Positions 13,845-26,901 of a stretch of DNA of 64,000 nt are shown piece by piece. The stretch's first letter is position 1. Every line of letters starts with the position of its first letter. The position numbers and the translations under genes were made by a program. The notes below the pieces were generated by a model. The model did not search any database. It saw only the letters and a program-made list of their open reading frames with translations, and had not been told where the DNA came from. Source of the DNA: Octopus sinensis (taxonomy: Eukaryota); NCBI RefSeq assembly GCF_006345805.1, contig NC_043003.1, forward strand, positions 114,762,001 to 114,826,000, read 5' to 3'.

Positions 13845-13959
13845 AGAATCTGTTTCGGAAACCTCCAAATTATAGAACGAATCTATGTTCGACCTAGATA
13901 TATATTTAGGTCGAACATAGATTCGTTCTTTAATTTGGAGGTTTCCAAAACAGATTTCT
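13845..13959. repeat. About 115-bp near-perfect palindrome (fold-back or mini-MITE)
   Basis: Arms of about 55 bp centred on atat/atat with few mismatches. Confidence 0.9.
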
Positions 13960-15054
13960 AATGCTGATTCTTCATATTTTGCTCGCAGTTTACAGGCATA
14001 AATTGGCGAAGGTATGATAGTAATACGTGTATATGATGTATGGTGAATTTATGGAATGAAGTCCCATAAAACTTATCAATTTGGTTTAAAATGGACAAAA
14101 CAAGTTGTTAAAAAATATAAGAGAATTTTAATTCTTGCAGACGATCGTTTCGTACAGAGATATAAAAATAATGCAAATTCATGGTCGGATTGAATCAGAT
14201 TAAATTAATTCGATTATGTATATCATTGTACTCTTCAGTGCAGGAAGTTTAAACAACGTTTCAATGAACTTGAGAAAGAATATACCAGAAGAATTGAATC
14301 TAGGAGATTCATATGTTTATCCTTCTGAGAAAAAGATGTGAGTCGCGTTGGATATTAACTATAATCGTCTGCATGAATTAAAATTCTCTTATGTATTCTG
14401 ACAACTTGTCTTCTCCAGTTTTAAATAAATTGATGAGTTTTACCATACATTATATATATATTATATATATATATATATATAGTATATATATATATATGTA
14501 TATATATATATAGGGAGAGTTTACGGAAAAAACAAAAGACAGGTGGTGTACAAAACAAACAGATGTATTAGTATAACGCTCAGGAATAGAAAAAAAGGAG
14601 AGAAAAAATATATAAGAAGTATTATTGCCGTTATTAATGATAAGGTAACTAGCAAGTTACAACTTTACAGGCAACATATAAGCTAAATTTAGATTCAATA
14701 GGGTATTTAAATATTATTTGCTCTAATCGGAGCCATCGTTCCCAAACCACCAGCAACTCACTATTAAATTACGTCCGGGCAATGCAATGAACATTGGAGA
14801 AACGGGCTTAGCTTGCGTGGAGTGCATAAGTAAGGAACGTATATTTTAATATCAATTGTAACATTTTAACATATATTTCTGAAATATTTGTAACGTTACC
14901 CCGTGTGGGTTCTTTTCTTTCAGCATACCCGCCTCATCTAAAACAAATCTATCGTGAACCAGTACATTTGAAATAAAGAAGTATTATTACCGTTGTTATG
15001 CTAATAACAAGGTGGCTAGCACGTTTACACATTTACAGGCAAAAAATAAAAGCA

Positions 15055-15101
<47 letters not shown>

Positions 15102-15449
15102 ATATATATATATATATATATAAATATGCAAACCAGAGATATAAACAAAGAGAGAACCAATCTCATTTACACCAGCATGTACCATTTACTACCATTCATA
15201 GCAGTCCGACAAACGCGCTTTCGCAGACGATTTTAAACTTACGAGACAACATTGGTATATCGCCTGAGGAAACACATCTAGATGTCATTATGTAAACAAA
15301 CAGTTGCATAATCAAACCTGTATTCTTGGATAAATGCGTTGCGTCGAAACACTTGATATAATCGGTATTTTAAATAACGATCTTATTCATTTATGTATGT
15401 ATATATATATATATTCGAATTTGTGTGAATGTGTATAGAATAATATAAC

Positions 15450-15788
15450 AGTTGAATAAAGTTAAAACATGTTCTGGTTTTCATGCCTTTTATTTTGGTA
15501 TTTTTACATTTAAAAAATTATTTTGTAATGTTCATAAAGATAAATCAACGCTTTCATACATACTGTACTCATCAGATTTCAAGTCAGGAAGGTATTTTAA
15601 AGATTCAGCTGGTTGGAGCATTCTAAAGTTGTCAACAACTCAACTGTCAGTTAAACACATTTGAAATCTGATGATTACTACAAATGTATGAAAGCGCTAA
15701 TTTCAATTATGAACATTACAAAATATGCTTTTTAAATGTTAAGATAAAACATGTGAAAACCAGACCAAGATTTAACTTTATTCAACCG
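15450..15788. mobile_element. Tail-out inverted pair of PLE pseudo-LTR-like units, each with a hammerhead motif
   Basis: 15450-15583 is a diverged reverse complement of 15660-15788; CTGATGA...GAAAGCG is present in both arms. Confidence 0.75.
15661..15706 (+). ncRNA. Minimal type-I hammerhead ribozyme, near canonical
   Basis: TTGAAAT CTGATGA T-TAC-tacaaat-GTA-T GAAA GCGC TA/ATTTCAA: 7-bp stem I and palindromic stem III; U.U mismatch at the base of stem II. Confidence 0.75.
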
Positions 15789-15823
15789 AAACACACACAC
15801 ACGCATATTTATAAATATATATA

Positions 15824-16217
15824 TCTTTATATATAAAGGTGAGGTTGTGTGTTGTCTGTCTCCTACGATTTAGATTCCTAACTACTCCCACATTTTGCGG
15901 TGCAGTTTAACCAAAACCGGGTATCTTATAGTCGTGATTCATATCAAGCCCTTATGGGTATTAGCGCGCGTCTACAATGAGTCTACGATTTTAAAAAATT
16001 ACCATCAATTTTTCCCATTTTTAATGCATTTTTGGCATATATAAGGGAAGTAACTCTCTAAAAATTTACTTATAAATCTCAGAACGTTAAAAGCTACAGT
16101 AACACCCCCCCCTTTGTAGTTCGCCATATTGAGATGGCTATTATACTTTACATCTCCAAAAATGCTTATATAGTTATTTCCCTTACAAACCCGAGCAACG
16201 CCGGGCGATACTGCTAG
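15824..16217 (+). mobile_element. Non-autonomous Helitron
   Basis: 5' TC(TTTATATATAAAG), 3' hairpin CCCGAGC-AAC-GCCGGG followed by CTAG, inserted between A and T. Confidence 0.88.
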
Positions 16218-16220
16218 TAT

Positions 16221-16495
16221 ATATATAAAGTTAGAAAAAAAAACCTTTTATTAATTCAAAAAGAACAATTAAATTACACCATCCAGAAAATTATATATAA
16301 TAGAAATATTAACATTAAAATAACAATAAAATGTCAAAGATTATGTAAATTTTTTTTTGCAATTTACTTAATCTTTGACATTTTATTGTTATTTTAATGT
16401 TAATATTTCTATTATATGTAATTTTCTGGATGGTGTAATTTAATTGTTCTTTTTGAATTGATAAAAGGTAGGTTTTTTTCTAATTTTTTATATAT
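16221..16495. repeat. About 275-bp AT-rich fold-back element (MITE-like)
   Basis: Arms about 16221-16343 and about 16369-16495 are near-perfect reverse complements. Confidence 0.88.
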
Positions 16496-16611
16496 GTATT
16501 ATCTTGTGTGAAATTTGATTTAGTACTTCTAAATTGAATTTTTTTTCCTTGTAAGTTTTGAATTTTATTCCCTCAAATATTAGTAATTATATATATATAT
16601 ATATATATATA

Positions 16612-16770
16612 TACCGGAGTAAACACATAAATGTGAAACAAGGTGGAAAAAAGAGTACTCAAATACCAGTGGTAGAGTAATATGCTTTATTTAAAGCAGC
16701 AGAAAATTCAACGAAACCGGTTACTCTGAATTTCATATTGCCGTTCATCGGACAGTTTTTGCTAGAATAT
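16612..16770 (-). mobile_element. PLE pseudo-LTR-like fragment with decayed hammerhead at 16718-16755
   Basis: Same family as 48790-49000. The minus strand reads CTGT CCGATGA ACG-GCAA-TAT GAAA TTC-A-GAG TA ACCG. Confidence 0.55.
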
Positions 16771-17206
16771 ATATATATGATATCTCGCAGCACGGGTTTA
16801 GTTTGTTCCATGACCGAGCTCGTCCTACGATTTACTCGTTTTACAAATCAAATATCCACCTTGAAATTAACTAAAATATAAATAATCCGTTCGCTCCACA
16901 CCCGATCAGTCAAAAATAATTTTTTATGGGGTTTAAAGCAGAAAAAAGTGTAGTTAGAAGTAAAGTAACAATTATAAAAAAGAGAATGCAAAAGAAATAA
17001 ATAAACTGGTTTTATTAACAGAATTATCTTAAAAGTGGGACAATTTGTGTGCTCGTATTGCGGATTTCTTCTCGTACTTCAAGACAATAATTCGCATGAG
17101 TCTCAGCTTGTACAGCAAATTACTCGTACAATGGTGCACTCGTACAGTGAGGTTCTACTGTCTATGCCGAAAATTAAATTCGTTCAATAGAAAATATAGA
17201 AAAATG

Positions 17207-17605
17207 GGAGAGAGAGAGAGAGAGAGAGAGAGAGGGAAAGAGTGGGAATTGAGAGAGAGAGAGAGAGAGAGGAAATGGAGAGAGAGAGAATGGAAATGGA
17301 GAGAGAGAGAATGGGAATGGAGAGAGAGAGAGAGAGAATGGAAATGGAGAGAGAGAGAATGGAAATGGAGAGAGAGAGAGAGAATGGAAATGGAGAGAGT
17401 GGGGGAATGGAGAGATGGGAAAATGGAGAGAAACAGAGGGGGGAAATGGAGAGAGAGAGAGAGAATGGAAATGGAGAGAGAGGGTGAAAGAGAGAGGAGG
17501 AAGAGAGAGGGATAAATAGAGAGGGGGAAGAGAGAGCGGAGAAAGAGAGAGAGGGGAATAGAGAGGGGGAATATAGAGAGGGAAGAGAGAGGGGGAAGAG
17601 AGAGT
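17207..17605. repeat. GA-rich minisatellite (gagagagagaatggaaatg-type units)
   Basis: Repeated units of about 19-23 bp. Confidence 0.9.
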
Positions 17606-18671
17606 ACTGTTAGCGTCAATCATATTTTTATTAGCGAACAAAGGAGTATTGTAAGTAATGAGGTAAGCCACAGAGACGGTATAGGCCTTTGGGCGCGTAA
17701 AGAACGCATGCGCGCATGTGTATAGTTACGAGTGTGTGTGCGTGTGTGTGTAGTTGAGTATGTGTATATTTACTTGTGCGTTACGAGATAAATAGATACA
17801 GGCACACGTAGACGCATATATTAGAAGGATAGAGAGAGAGAGAGAACGCGTGGTATAGAAAGTAAAGGTATGGTTGATAACAATACAGATTAACACTCTT
17901 TTTATGTAGGTAGGTCTTTGTGTATAAATAGCAAACTAATTTATATTTGATTTATAATGGAGAGGCATGACATCTACGCTCAGTAACCCCCTCCACACGA
18001 CCACCACATCCACCAACCCTTCTCTCATTTTGACAGTTATGGCGACCGTAGGCCATTGTCGTCTGCACAACAGTTATTCAAATGTGTGAGTGTGTGCGCG
18101 TGTGTGTGTGTGTGTGAGTGTGTGTGTGTGTACCAGCCGTGTGCCCCCTGTATATAATAAGTACGTCTGCATATGAATAAACATATCTCTTAAAAATATG
18201 AATTACACAGATACAGAAACGTGGCACATGAAATGTCTGATGTGACGGTCGAGCAGTGCATTCTATAATAAATATATATATATATATATACATTCATACA
18301 CACACGCTCCCTCTCCCTTCATCAAACATGACATACATTTTATGCGACGCCATAAACTTATCCCGATATAATAATAATAAAAAATAATAAATGGGTTTGT
18401 GGATATAATAACAAAATAACCATAATAAAGAAATAATAAATAAAGAGTAAAATACATTTATTATCGTATTGATTGTAACGGATTGGAAGAAACGCAAGAA
18501 CGTCGAACGAAATAGTTGCACTCATATTTTGGCTCCTAGTTTTTGAGTTCAACTTCTGCCAAGATAATCTTTTCTAATTGAGTCTATGTAAAACATGCTA
18601 ATCTAAGATTGAGATCGATATTATTGACAATTCCCTTCTCCAGAATGTGAAGCCCTGTGCCTGAGATAGAA

Positions 18672-18806
18672 ATCATCATCATCATCATCATCACCATCGC
18701 CATCATCATCGCCATCATCATCATCGTCATCATCATCATCGCCATCATCATCATCGCCATCATCGCCATCATCATCGCCATCATCATCATCATCGCCATC
18801 ATCAGC

Positions 18807-18849
<43 letters not shown>

Positions 18850-18977
18850 CCATCGCCATCATCATCGCCATCATCATCATCGCCATCATCATCATCGTCA
18901 TCATCATCATCGCCATCATCATCATCGCCATCATCGCCATCATCATCGCCATCATCATCATCATCGCCATCATCAGC

Positions 18978-19008
<31 letters not shown>

Positions 19009-19089
19009 TCGCCATCATCGTCATCATCATCGCCATCATCATCGCCATCATCATCGCCATCATCATCGCCATCATTATTATTATCGTTA

Positions 19090-19125
<36 letters not shown>

Positions 19126-19139
19126 TATTATTATTATTA

Positions 19140-19195
<56 letters not shown>
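18672..19195. repeat. Interrupted (ATC)n grading into (ATT)n microsatellite, with an internal block duplication of about 170 bp
   Basis: Direct reading; the variant pattern acc..agc recurs twice. Confidence 0.95.
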
Positions 19196-19196
<1 letters not shown>

Positions 19197-19197
<1 letters not shown>

Positions 19198-19410
19198 GGC
19201 GGCCAACTGACAGAATCGTTAGCACGCTGGGTGGAATCTTTAGCGACATTTCGTCCGTGTTTAAGTTTTGAGTTCAAATTCCGCCCAGGTCGACATCGTC
19301 TTTCATCCTTTCGGGCTCGATCAATTAAGTACCAGTGAAACACTGCGGTCAACGTACTCGACTAGCCCCTTCCCCACAAATTTCAGGCCTTAGTCTATTG
19401 TAGAAAATAT
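19197..19410 (+). mobile_element. SINE family B variant, degenerate
   Basis: Head ggcggccaactgacagaatcgttagcacg...gagttcaaattccgcc. Confidence 0.8.
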
Positions 19411-19929
19411 TATTAATATTATTATTATATAGGTTTGGCTCAGGTTCAGTCTTATTCCTGGAACGATTTATGTGGGTTCCGGGTTGCTACCTATAACCTT
19501 GGGTATCCAAAACTTTTCAGCTGTCTTTCAAGTGCTTAGAACCCTCTTGATAATCCTTGCTGACTCCGAGACAAATTTTCTGTAGGCTATCTATCATGCA
19601 TTTTATTCCACTCTCAGCCATTTTCTATATCTTGGCTTACTGTTCCCAAGACACCAATTATTATTATTCATTGGTCGCTTGCTACGATTTCTTCCTATTT
19701 CAAATTTTAAGGGATTGTATTTTTTACCTCTTTCTTTTGAATCCTGGAAGCAGACAGACGGCTATGATGAGTCGATTAGTAAGCAACTTCGCTGTTCCTT
19801 ATCTATTATTAAGTCCGATCTTTTACTTTCTAACTTCTTTTCCGTTTGAATAGAAAAGTCCCACAAAATCTTACATTTCTCCGACTCCAGTACACTTTCG
19901 ATTCGATTACTTTGCCATGTGTAACCATC

Positions 19930-20358
19930 GGATCTTTTCGGTTTGAACAGCAGTTTTTTCTAGCGGTGTCATATGAAATTGTCACCCATAATTATGACCC
20001 TAGTATCGATCTATTGTATTTCTATCTGTTTTAGGACTGGGGTTAGTTAGGGTTTGGGTTAGGGGTGGGGGAAGGGTATCGTTTTTTCTTCACAAATGTA
20101 AATAAACCCAATCTGTTTCTTAAACGAGGGACATATTCATACTGCACAGAATATTTTCACCTCAATAGACGTCATTGATTGGTTGAAATTGCAGAAATTA
20201 AAGAAAAAAACAACAAATATCTCACAAACTATAGAATTTTCTCAATAAAGCCAAGAGAAAAAGATGTTTATAAACACATTCTACCAGTATACGAAGTTTA
20301 AAATTTTTTAGTTACATAGAAATTACGTTAAAAACGGCCGTTCAAACCGAAAAGATCC
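19930..20358 (+). mobile_element. GG-terminal MITE, copy 2
   Basis: Same TIRs; TSD TAACCATC / TAACTATC (7 of 8 match). Confidence 0.92.
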
Positions 20359-20577
20359 TAACTATCTTCAAATCCCCATTTCTAACTCAATTCCCAGTGT
20401 AAAACATTTACAGCCTGGTCGTTCCCCCATTTCTTATGTTGCTCCTGTGCCACCGTGTGGCATTCTGCTTCAATGTGTGTCTCGTTCCATGTTCCACAGG
20501 CTCTACACTTTTCTGACATATTCTCAGCAAATATATTTTTCTCAAGTTGTTTGCTTGATCATAGGCTGCTACAATTA

Positions 20578-20680
20578 GGCTCTTTGTGGCTGGGTGGTAA
20601 GTAGCTTGCTTACGAACCACATGGTTCTGGGTTCAGTTCCACTGCGTGGTATCTTGGGCAAGTGTCTTCTACTATAGCCT
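20578..20680 (+). mobile_element. SINE family A, 5' tRNA-like head only
   Basis: gtggctgggtggtaag...gggttcagttccactgcgtggtatcttgggcaagtgtcttc. Confidence 0.85.
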
Positions 20681-20689
20681 TCTAAGCGG

Positions 20690-20990
20690 GTTTTTTGCAT
20701 CTCCAGATATTGTAGTTCTCTTTTTGTGTTTGATATTTCTTGGTTTAGTGTTGAATAATACTAAGCATCCATACATTCCTGCTTAGTCCTTCCTTTTTCT
20801 TTGAGTTCGGTTTGGTTGTTGATCCTGAGCGTCAGTTTCGGGAATATCCCTGGTTTGGTTTGCTATAGGTTCTTGAGGTTGGTCCCGATTTAAAGACTTT
20901 TCGAGCTTAGTGTCAGAACTTAAGGTCACTGATGAACACGTATTTCGAAAGACACGAATTCTAGGATGTATTTCCATGGTTGGTATCCAG
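20690..20990 (-). mobile_element. Probable R4/Dong 5' fragment
   Basis: A/C-rich minus-strand peptide loosely like the N-terminal region seen at 3400-3950. Confidence 0.45.
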
Positions 20991-21036
20991 GGCGGTGCTA
21001 TAAGCGCACAGGGTTAACCAGTTGTCTATTATGAGT

Positions 21037-21080
<44 letters not shown>

Positions 21081-21089
21081 GAGAGAGAC

Positions 21090-21559
21090 AGAGCAGTGCA
21101 TGCCATCAAAGTGACACTGGGGTAAAATATAAGAAGCCCAGTATACCCATCATGACTACCCGCCTGATAAAGGTACACCAGGCATATGTATCAACCATAT
21201 CTGCGCGATGGTGATCTCATAAGATAAACAGCACATGACCTTGCAGGTGGGGCCCAGTAGGAATTTTCTTCAGGTTGAGTAGCCCATCCCGCTCAAAGGA
21301 TCCCTGAACAAGGGTTGTTTAAGGATGTTGAACGAAACGCTTATGTTTCCAGAGGTGAATTATTCAACTCCCGAAGAGTCCCTCTCAACACATGGCTATG
21401 ATGCTCCCTCATTACTTCTGCTCGTGATCAGAGACGCACATATCGTCAGCCATTAAGGGACATACTCAACTAGTTACGGTCAAACAACTGACAAGGAATT
21501 CTGTGGTATTGAGCAGAATATTTGTTGTAGTCCATCTTTTATACCAAGACAAAACAATG
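21090..21559 (+). repeat. Unclassified interspersed repeat family C
   Basis: Matches 7000-7665 in reverse complement. Confidence 0.8.
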
Positions 21560-21790
21560 ATCCGATGGTTACACATGGCAAAATAATCGAATCGAAAGTG
21601 TACTGGAATCGGAGAAATGTAAGATTTTGTGGGACTTTTCTATTCAAACGGAAAAGAAGTTAGTAATAGATCGGGCTTAATAATAGATAAGGAAAAGGGA
21701 AGCTGCTTACTAATCGACTCATCATAGCTGTCTGTCTGATTCCAGGGTTTAAAAGAAAGAGGTAAAAAAAAATCAACAACTGAAAAAATA
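21560..21790 (+). mobile_element. R4/Dong restriction-like endonuclease fragment
   Basis: IESVLESEKCKILWDFSIQTEKKL...IIDKEKGSCLLID matches the R4-type LWDF.IQTD...PD..D motif region. Confidence 0.8.
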
Positions 21791-22435
21791 CAAAACAATG
21801 TACATGCTAACACTTATTATTGTTGTTGTTGTTATTCAACATTTTGTAGTTTCAGGCAAATTTCTACTGCATCACCTGCTGCACCTCCTTGTTGCTGGTG
21901 TATGTGTGCAGCATTGTATTCTCTTTTGTTGTTGGGCCTGTGCAAAAACTTCCTAATGTTGCATTGCGTTAGTATATTTTGTTAAGTGGTGTGGTGCATT
22001 GCATCAGTGTTTGTAATCTATGTAGTATGTGTAATGCGTTGGGTAATGGACCTGCTGATGCTTGTTTATTTTATTGGATATTTGCTGTATAGATTTTATC
22101 TTTATTTGTGGATTGTATTGTTTGGCTTATAGACAACTGTTCCTTGGATACATTGATACTCCATTAAAAATTAAAATATTAGACCTTTATGTCCATTTAC
22201 AAAATGAAATTTAAAAAATATTATTTTCATTATTGATTTGACTCAAATTCGTTCTTGTTTCGCTCCGCGTGGCTACCTGATCTAAATCAGTTCTGAGCTA
22301 TCTTTATTTCCGGATCAAAGACGAACGATGTTGCTCAGCATAAAGTTTCATCTTCAGGTATTAAGCAGAATATTCATCGACTGGTGCCGCTCAATATGTA
22401 CTTTAATTTATTCTCTTATTCAGTACCGGGCCAGG

Positions 22436-24177
22436 AGACCTGACACCTGTAATGTGAAACTCTTAATTTCCTAGGTATTCTTTAGTTCTGAGTCCCACAA
22501 TTCGATTCCTCTAATACGGATATCGTAGACTCAAAACCCGATTCGAATGCGTTCGCTTCAGTAACAATGGCTCGCGTGCTAAAACTCACTTCGGCAGTGA
22601 CTTTGTGTTTCCAAAGTAAAGGTAGGTACTCTAAGATAAGAGGAAAGAAAAAGAAAAGAGAGTATGGAAGGTAATTCAGTAGGTAGCCATTAAGTGGATG
22701 CTAGCGTACCTTAAATCGACTCACCTTTGAAGACGAGATCGAAACCAGCCGCAGAGAAGGCAATTGTTTTAAATACAAATGTTGCTGCTATAGAATATTC
22801 AAGATTATTATCCATTCTTCACGATGCTTCACTCGAACTAGAAACTGTAGTTGATGTGTGTTAGGAATTGTGCAACTCTACGAGATGGTGGTGGCTGCAC
22901 TCCTGAATCTAATGACGACATCTTCATAACAGATTTTCCAACATCAAGAACTCTTCGTCGCCAACCGTTACCGATTAATACTGTAGGCAATGCTCTCCAT
23001 CATCTGCCAATTAAGATAGTTGTCTGCCAAAGACAGAAGACCATAATTGACACATATCCAAACAGCTTGTACAGCAAAACAGTCAATAATGTCTGTTGCG
23101 CTTGCAGAATACATAGCCCCAGCTATATCTCAGTTGTTGTCACCAACTTTCTGCAATACTGAATCTTTTTTTTTCCCGAGAATTGCAGTAAATCTCTGAA
23201 ATAGAAATCCCCCCTCATATAATTAACAAAGTGATGATTAAAAATTGTTCTCGATTGTCTGGAATTGAATATTTAGCGTCCATCGTCCTCACCTGAAAGA
23301 AAACTGAGGTTTGGTTTCTACGCCATCTCTGTGATATTCGCTCCCAGCCTACAGTTTTTGCCTTCGCATGTTTAAATGACCCACACCTTGATAAGCACAA
23401 CCTCGTTGCAACGCTTCACAGCACAGACAATACTGCTGTTTTTGTTGTATTTGTTGGTTCTTTGTCGTTATTATCATGTTTTGTTGCTTTTGCCGTTGCA
23501 GCCGTGCTTCTCACTGTTATCGGTTGATATTTTCTGCCGTGGTGTATATTGTTAAAGTATCGTGTCCATGGGTTTCCGCTTTTATTTCACCCGATTATTG
23601 ATTCAGTTTTAGTTCTATAACAATTATTCTTTTGGTATTGACTGAAAAGTTGGCGATTTCTAGTAAAACCTTCAGTATTGTGCAGCTGTAGCAGTTTCTT
23701 TCTTTTCTTTGACTCCATCCGATACGATATTCGAAACAATAGAAAAACACACATATATCAACTACAGTTTCTAGTTCGAGTGAAGCATCGTGAAGAATGG
23801 ATAATAATCTTGAATATTCTATAGCAGCAGCATTTGTATTTAAAACAATTGCCTTCTCTACGGTTGGTTTCGATCTCGTTTTTAAAGGTGAGTCGATTTA
23901 AGGTACGCTAGCATCCACTTAATGGCTACCTACTGAATTACCTTCCATACTCTCTTTTCTTTTTCTTTCCTCTTATCTTAGAGTACCTACCTTTACTTTG
24001 GAAACACAAAGTCACTGCCGAAGTGAGTTTTAGCACGCGAGCCATTGTTACTGAAGCGAACGCATTCGAATCGGGTTTTGAGTCTACCATATCCGTATTG
24101 AGAGGAATCGAATTGTGGGACTCATAACTAAAGAATACCTAGGAAATTAAGAGTTTTACATTACAGGTGTCAGGTCT
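22436..24177. repeat. Long inverted repeat: arms 22436-22862 and about 23745-24177 (about 430 bp, about 10 differences) with an 880-bp spacer
   Basis: Direct base-by-base comparison; no TSD found. Confidence 0.95.
22863..23744 (-). mobile_element. Highly degenerate R4/Dong-like ORF relic; probably continues at 24180-24750
   Basis: Weak motif matches (RNRQLFSQYQK vs QNRLF..NQK; LYKLF; KSVMK); many stop codons. Confidence 0.4.
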
Positions 24178-25508
24178 TTATCGTTTTATGTTTGTGTATT
24201 TACATTTTTTTGGAGAGGGCAATCACTCGTCTGACAATCTTTTGGTCTGTGGTGAAATTGTTGCGCCCGGTTCTTTACAATGTTGCTGCTATGCGCAGGA
24301 TTGTGGCCGCAATCGTGGTTTCAGAGTAGGAAAAATTGCTAGATTTGCGAGTGTGGACGTTATTATAGTATTATGTCAAATATTAAACCAAACTAGTTTT
24401 AGCAGGGAGATATCATGGTGATTTCTTCCCCGTGCACTTTCACGTCCGTTATCGATCGATTTGTAAGGTCACCGGAGCGCCATCTCCAACATCGTGTTCC
24501 TGGATGTTAAGTGCAATATGTATGTTGTAAAGATGCTTATTTCTTCTGATGTGTGTGACTTAATGGCGAAACACTTCGTCTGCTTCTCAATGTTGTCCAG
24601 GAACTCCAGTGTATCTTAATGTCTTTTTTTTCCTGGTATGTCACACGGCATAAAACTTTGAGGGCCTCTTCAGTATCCACCGGTGTGGGGTTTATAAGCG
24701 TTCGGAGTTAGTTCGAGTCACCACTTTATACGATATTCCTTCTCTGTTTATACGCTACAAGAGCTCTGAGAAATAGTTAGTCGCCGTTCATTCCATTCTT
24801 CTAACGACCTCCGCCTCTCGATTACCTTGGGTGCACTTTATGGTGTGCAGTGATGACTATTGACTCTTAGATGTCTTTACTGACAGCAATAACAACAACA
24901 CCATGAACTCGCGCTCCAAGTCGACCCCTCCCCGTCCATATCTACTCTTACTTTCACCCAGTAAACACGGCAGAACCACTCCCTCCCCCTCCCTCCCACA
25001 CAAATACTTTTCATCAACACTGATTCCGCTCCTGGTTTTGTTTGTTATTATTGTTTCACGTCGTTCTTTCGTTGTTCTAGTTGTTGTTGTTGCTGTTGTG
25101 TGTATGTGTGTGTCAGCGAGTGTGTGCCTATGTGTTTATGTACGCGCGTGTAGGCTAGCGTGCGCAAATATGTGTGCACGTGTGTATGTTAATGACATCT
25201 GAAATGCCATTTCCAAGTTGTCACACTTTCTCATAATTGTTTTCTTTAAGTCATCAAAGTTGTCATAAAGTCACCACGTATCTTTCTTTCAATTTCCTTT
25301 TCATCTTTCCTCCATTTATCTGAAGTCATTTCCTTTATTCCCCCTTCTTACCCCAACGCTCCTCCTTCACACACTCTCCCCACTCCTTCTCCCCCTCACC
25401 TCTCTCTTCTTTTTTCTCAATTCACTCTTATCACTATCAGTTCCTCCTCAATTTTGCTGGTGAATACGAAAATGCTGTCCCAAATTCTTGAAGACACAGT
25501 CTCTCTCA

Positions 25509-25557
<49 letters not shown>

Positions 25558-26026
25558 CCCTTTACTCACCAAGTACAGTTAACCTGCAGCCAACAAGGAG
25601 TTCTCTATTTAATCGTTCGACCTGCTAGAAAAAACAGTTAAATCTCCAACCAACAAAGGTGACACAAGATGGTGGCTCAACCAAATAAATATAGCAGTAA
25701 AGTCTTCCTCGTAAATATCGTGAGGCTTAAAAAGAAAAACAAAAAGCGAGGAAATGCCATTTTAGACAATGGCAGTCGCTGAGAACACAAAATAAGTAAA
25801 TAATAAATAAAAAAAGAAAGAAAGAAAACTGATAACAAAATTTACAAAATAAAACAAAAAAGACATTGATATCACGGCTGGAATGCCTTTGATCGTAGGT
25901 CTCCACCAAAGCTGACCTGGGACTAAGCAACAGCAGCGAAGAAATCTCTCTTAAATCACAGCCAAACGTCTTTAAAAAGATTAAAAAAAGGGAAACAAAA
26001 AGAGGAAAAGAAAAAAGAGTAGAAGG

Positions 26027-26076
<50 letters not shown>

Positions 26077-26901
26077 CACATTTCGGACACTATGGTTCCA
26101 TAAAGACATTAATAAGCCTGTTCAGATAGTGCCGAGCTGGTTTGAACAACAAACAACAACAACAACAACAACGACGACGACGCCAACAACAACAACAGCT
26201 GTAGCCGCAACAGAAGCAGTGACAAGATTAAACCGGTTCTCCGCCCTCCCCTCTACCCATCTGTTTATCCGTTTCTTTAATGCCAACCGTATCACCGACA
26301 TTATAACAATCAGCATTATCGCTCTCGTCATCCTATTTGACGATAACCTCGGCCACAAAATTAGACAGGCCATTGTATTATTAAACCGCTAACTATATTC
26401 ATTCTCCAACAGCCGCCATGGAAAATTCTTAAGCCTCCACCCGACCCCCGCTTATAATATGCTCCCGTCCCCCGCTACCTCCTCACAACAACAACAACAT
26501 CGACAACAATATCAACAACACCATTGTCATTATAATTAACCAAAAAAAAAAACAGGAGGTGTCATCAAGTACGTTCTCTCTTTATAATTAGATTACCTGC
26601 AATGGCACCGACAGAAGAAAAACGCACAGACACACAGACGTACAGAGACACATACCTTTCTATAATTGTCATTCTCATAGGCATTCGGTAAAGAAACTCA
26701 TCAGCATCGCCAAGGCAATCATCATCATTAGCAGCATCATCATCTACACCACTGCATCTACTCCCACCGTCATCATTTTCGAAGTCAGAGCAATAATGTG
26801 GTTGCTAGGCTTGCTAGAAATAGCAGGCAACTGCCCTCAAATCTTACTGCATCATTTAAAAAATATATTTCCAACGTAGTTTCTCATATTTTCTTTCAAG
26901 C

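Noticed and set aside
18584-19271. Poly-Met/Ala and poly-Ile ORFs of more than 200 aa
   Set aside because: They are the two strands of an (ATC)n/(ATT)n microsatellite.
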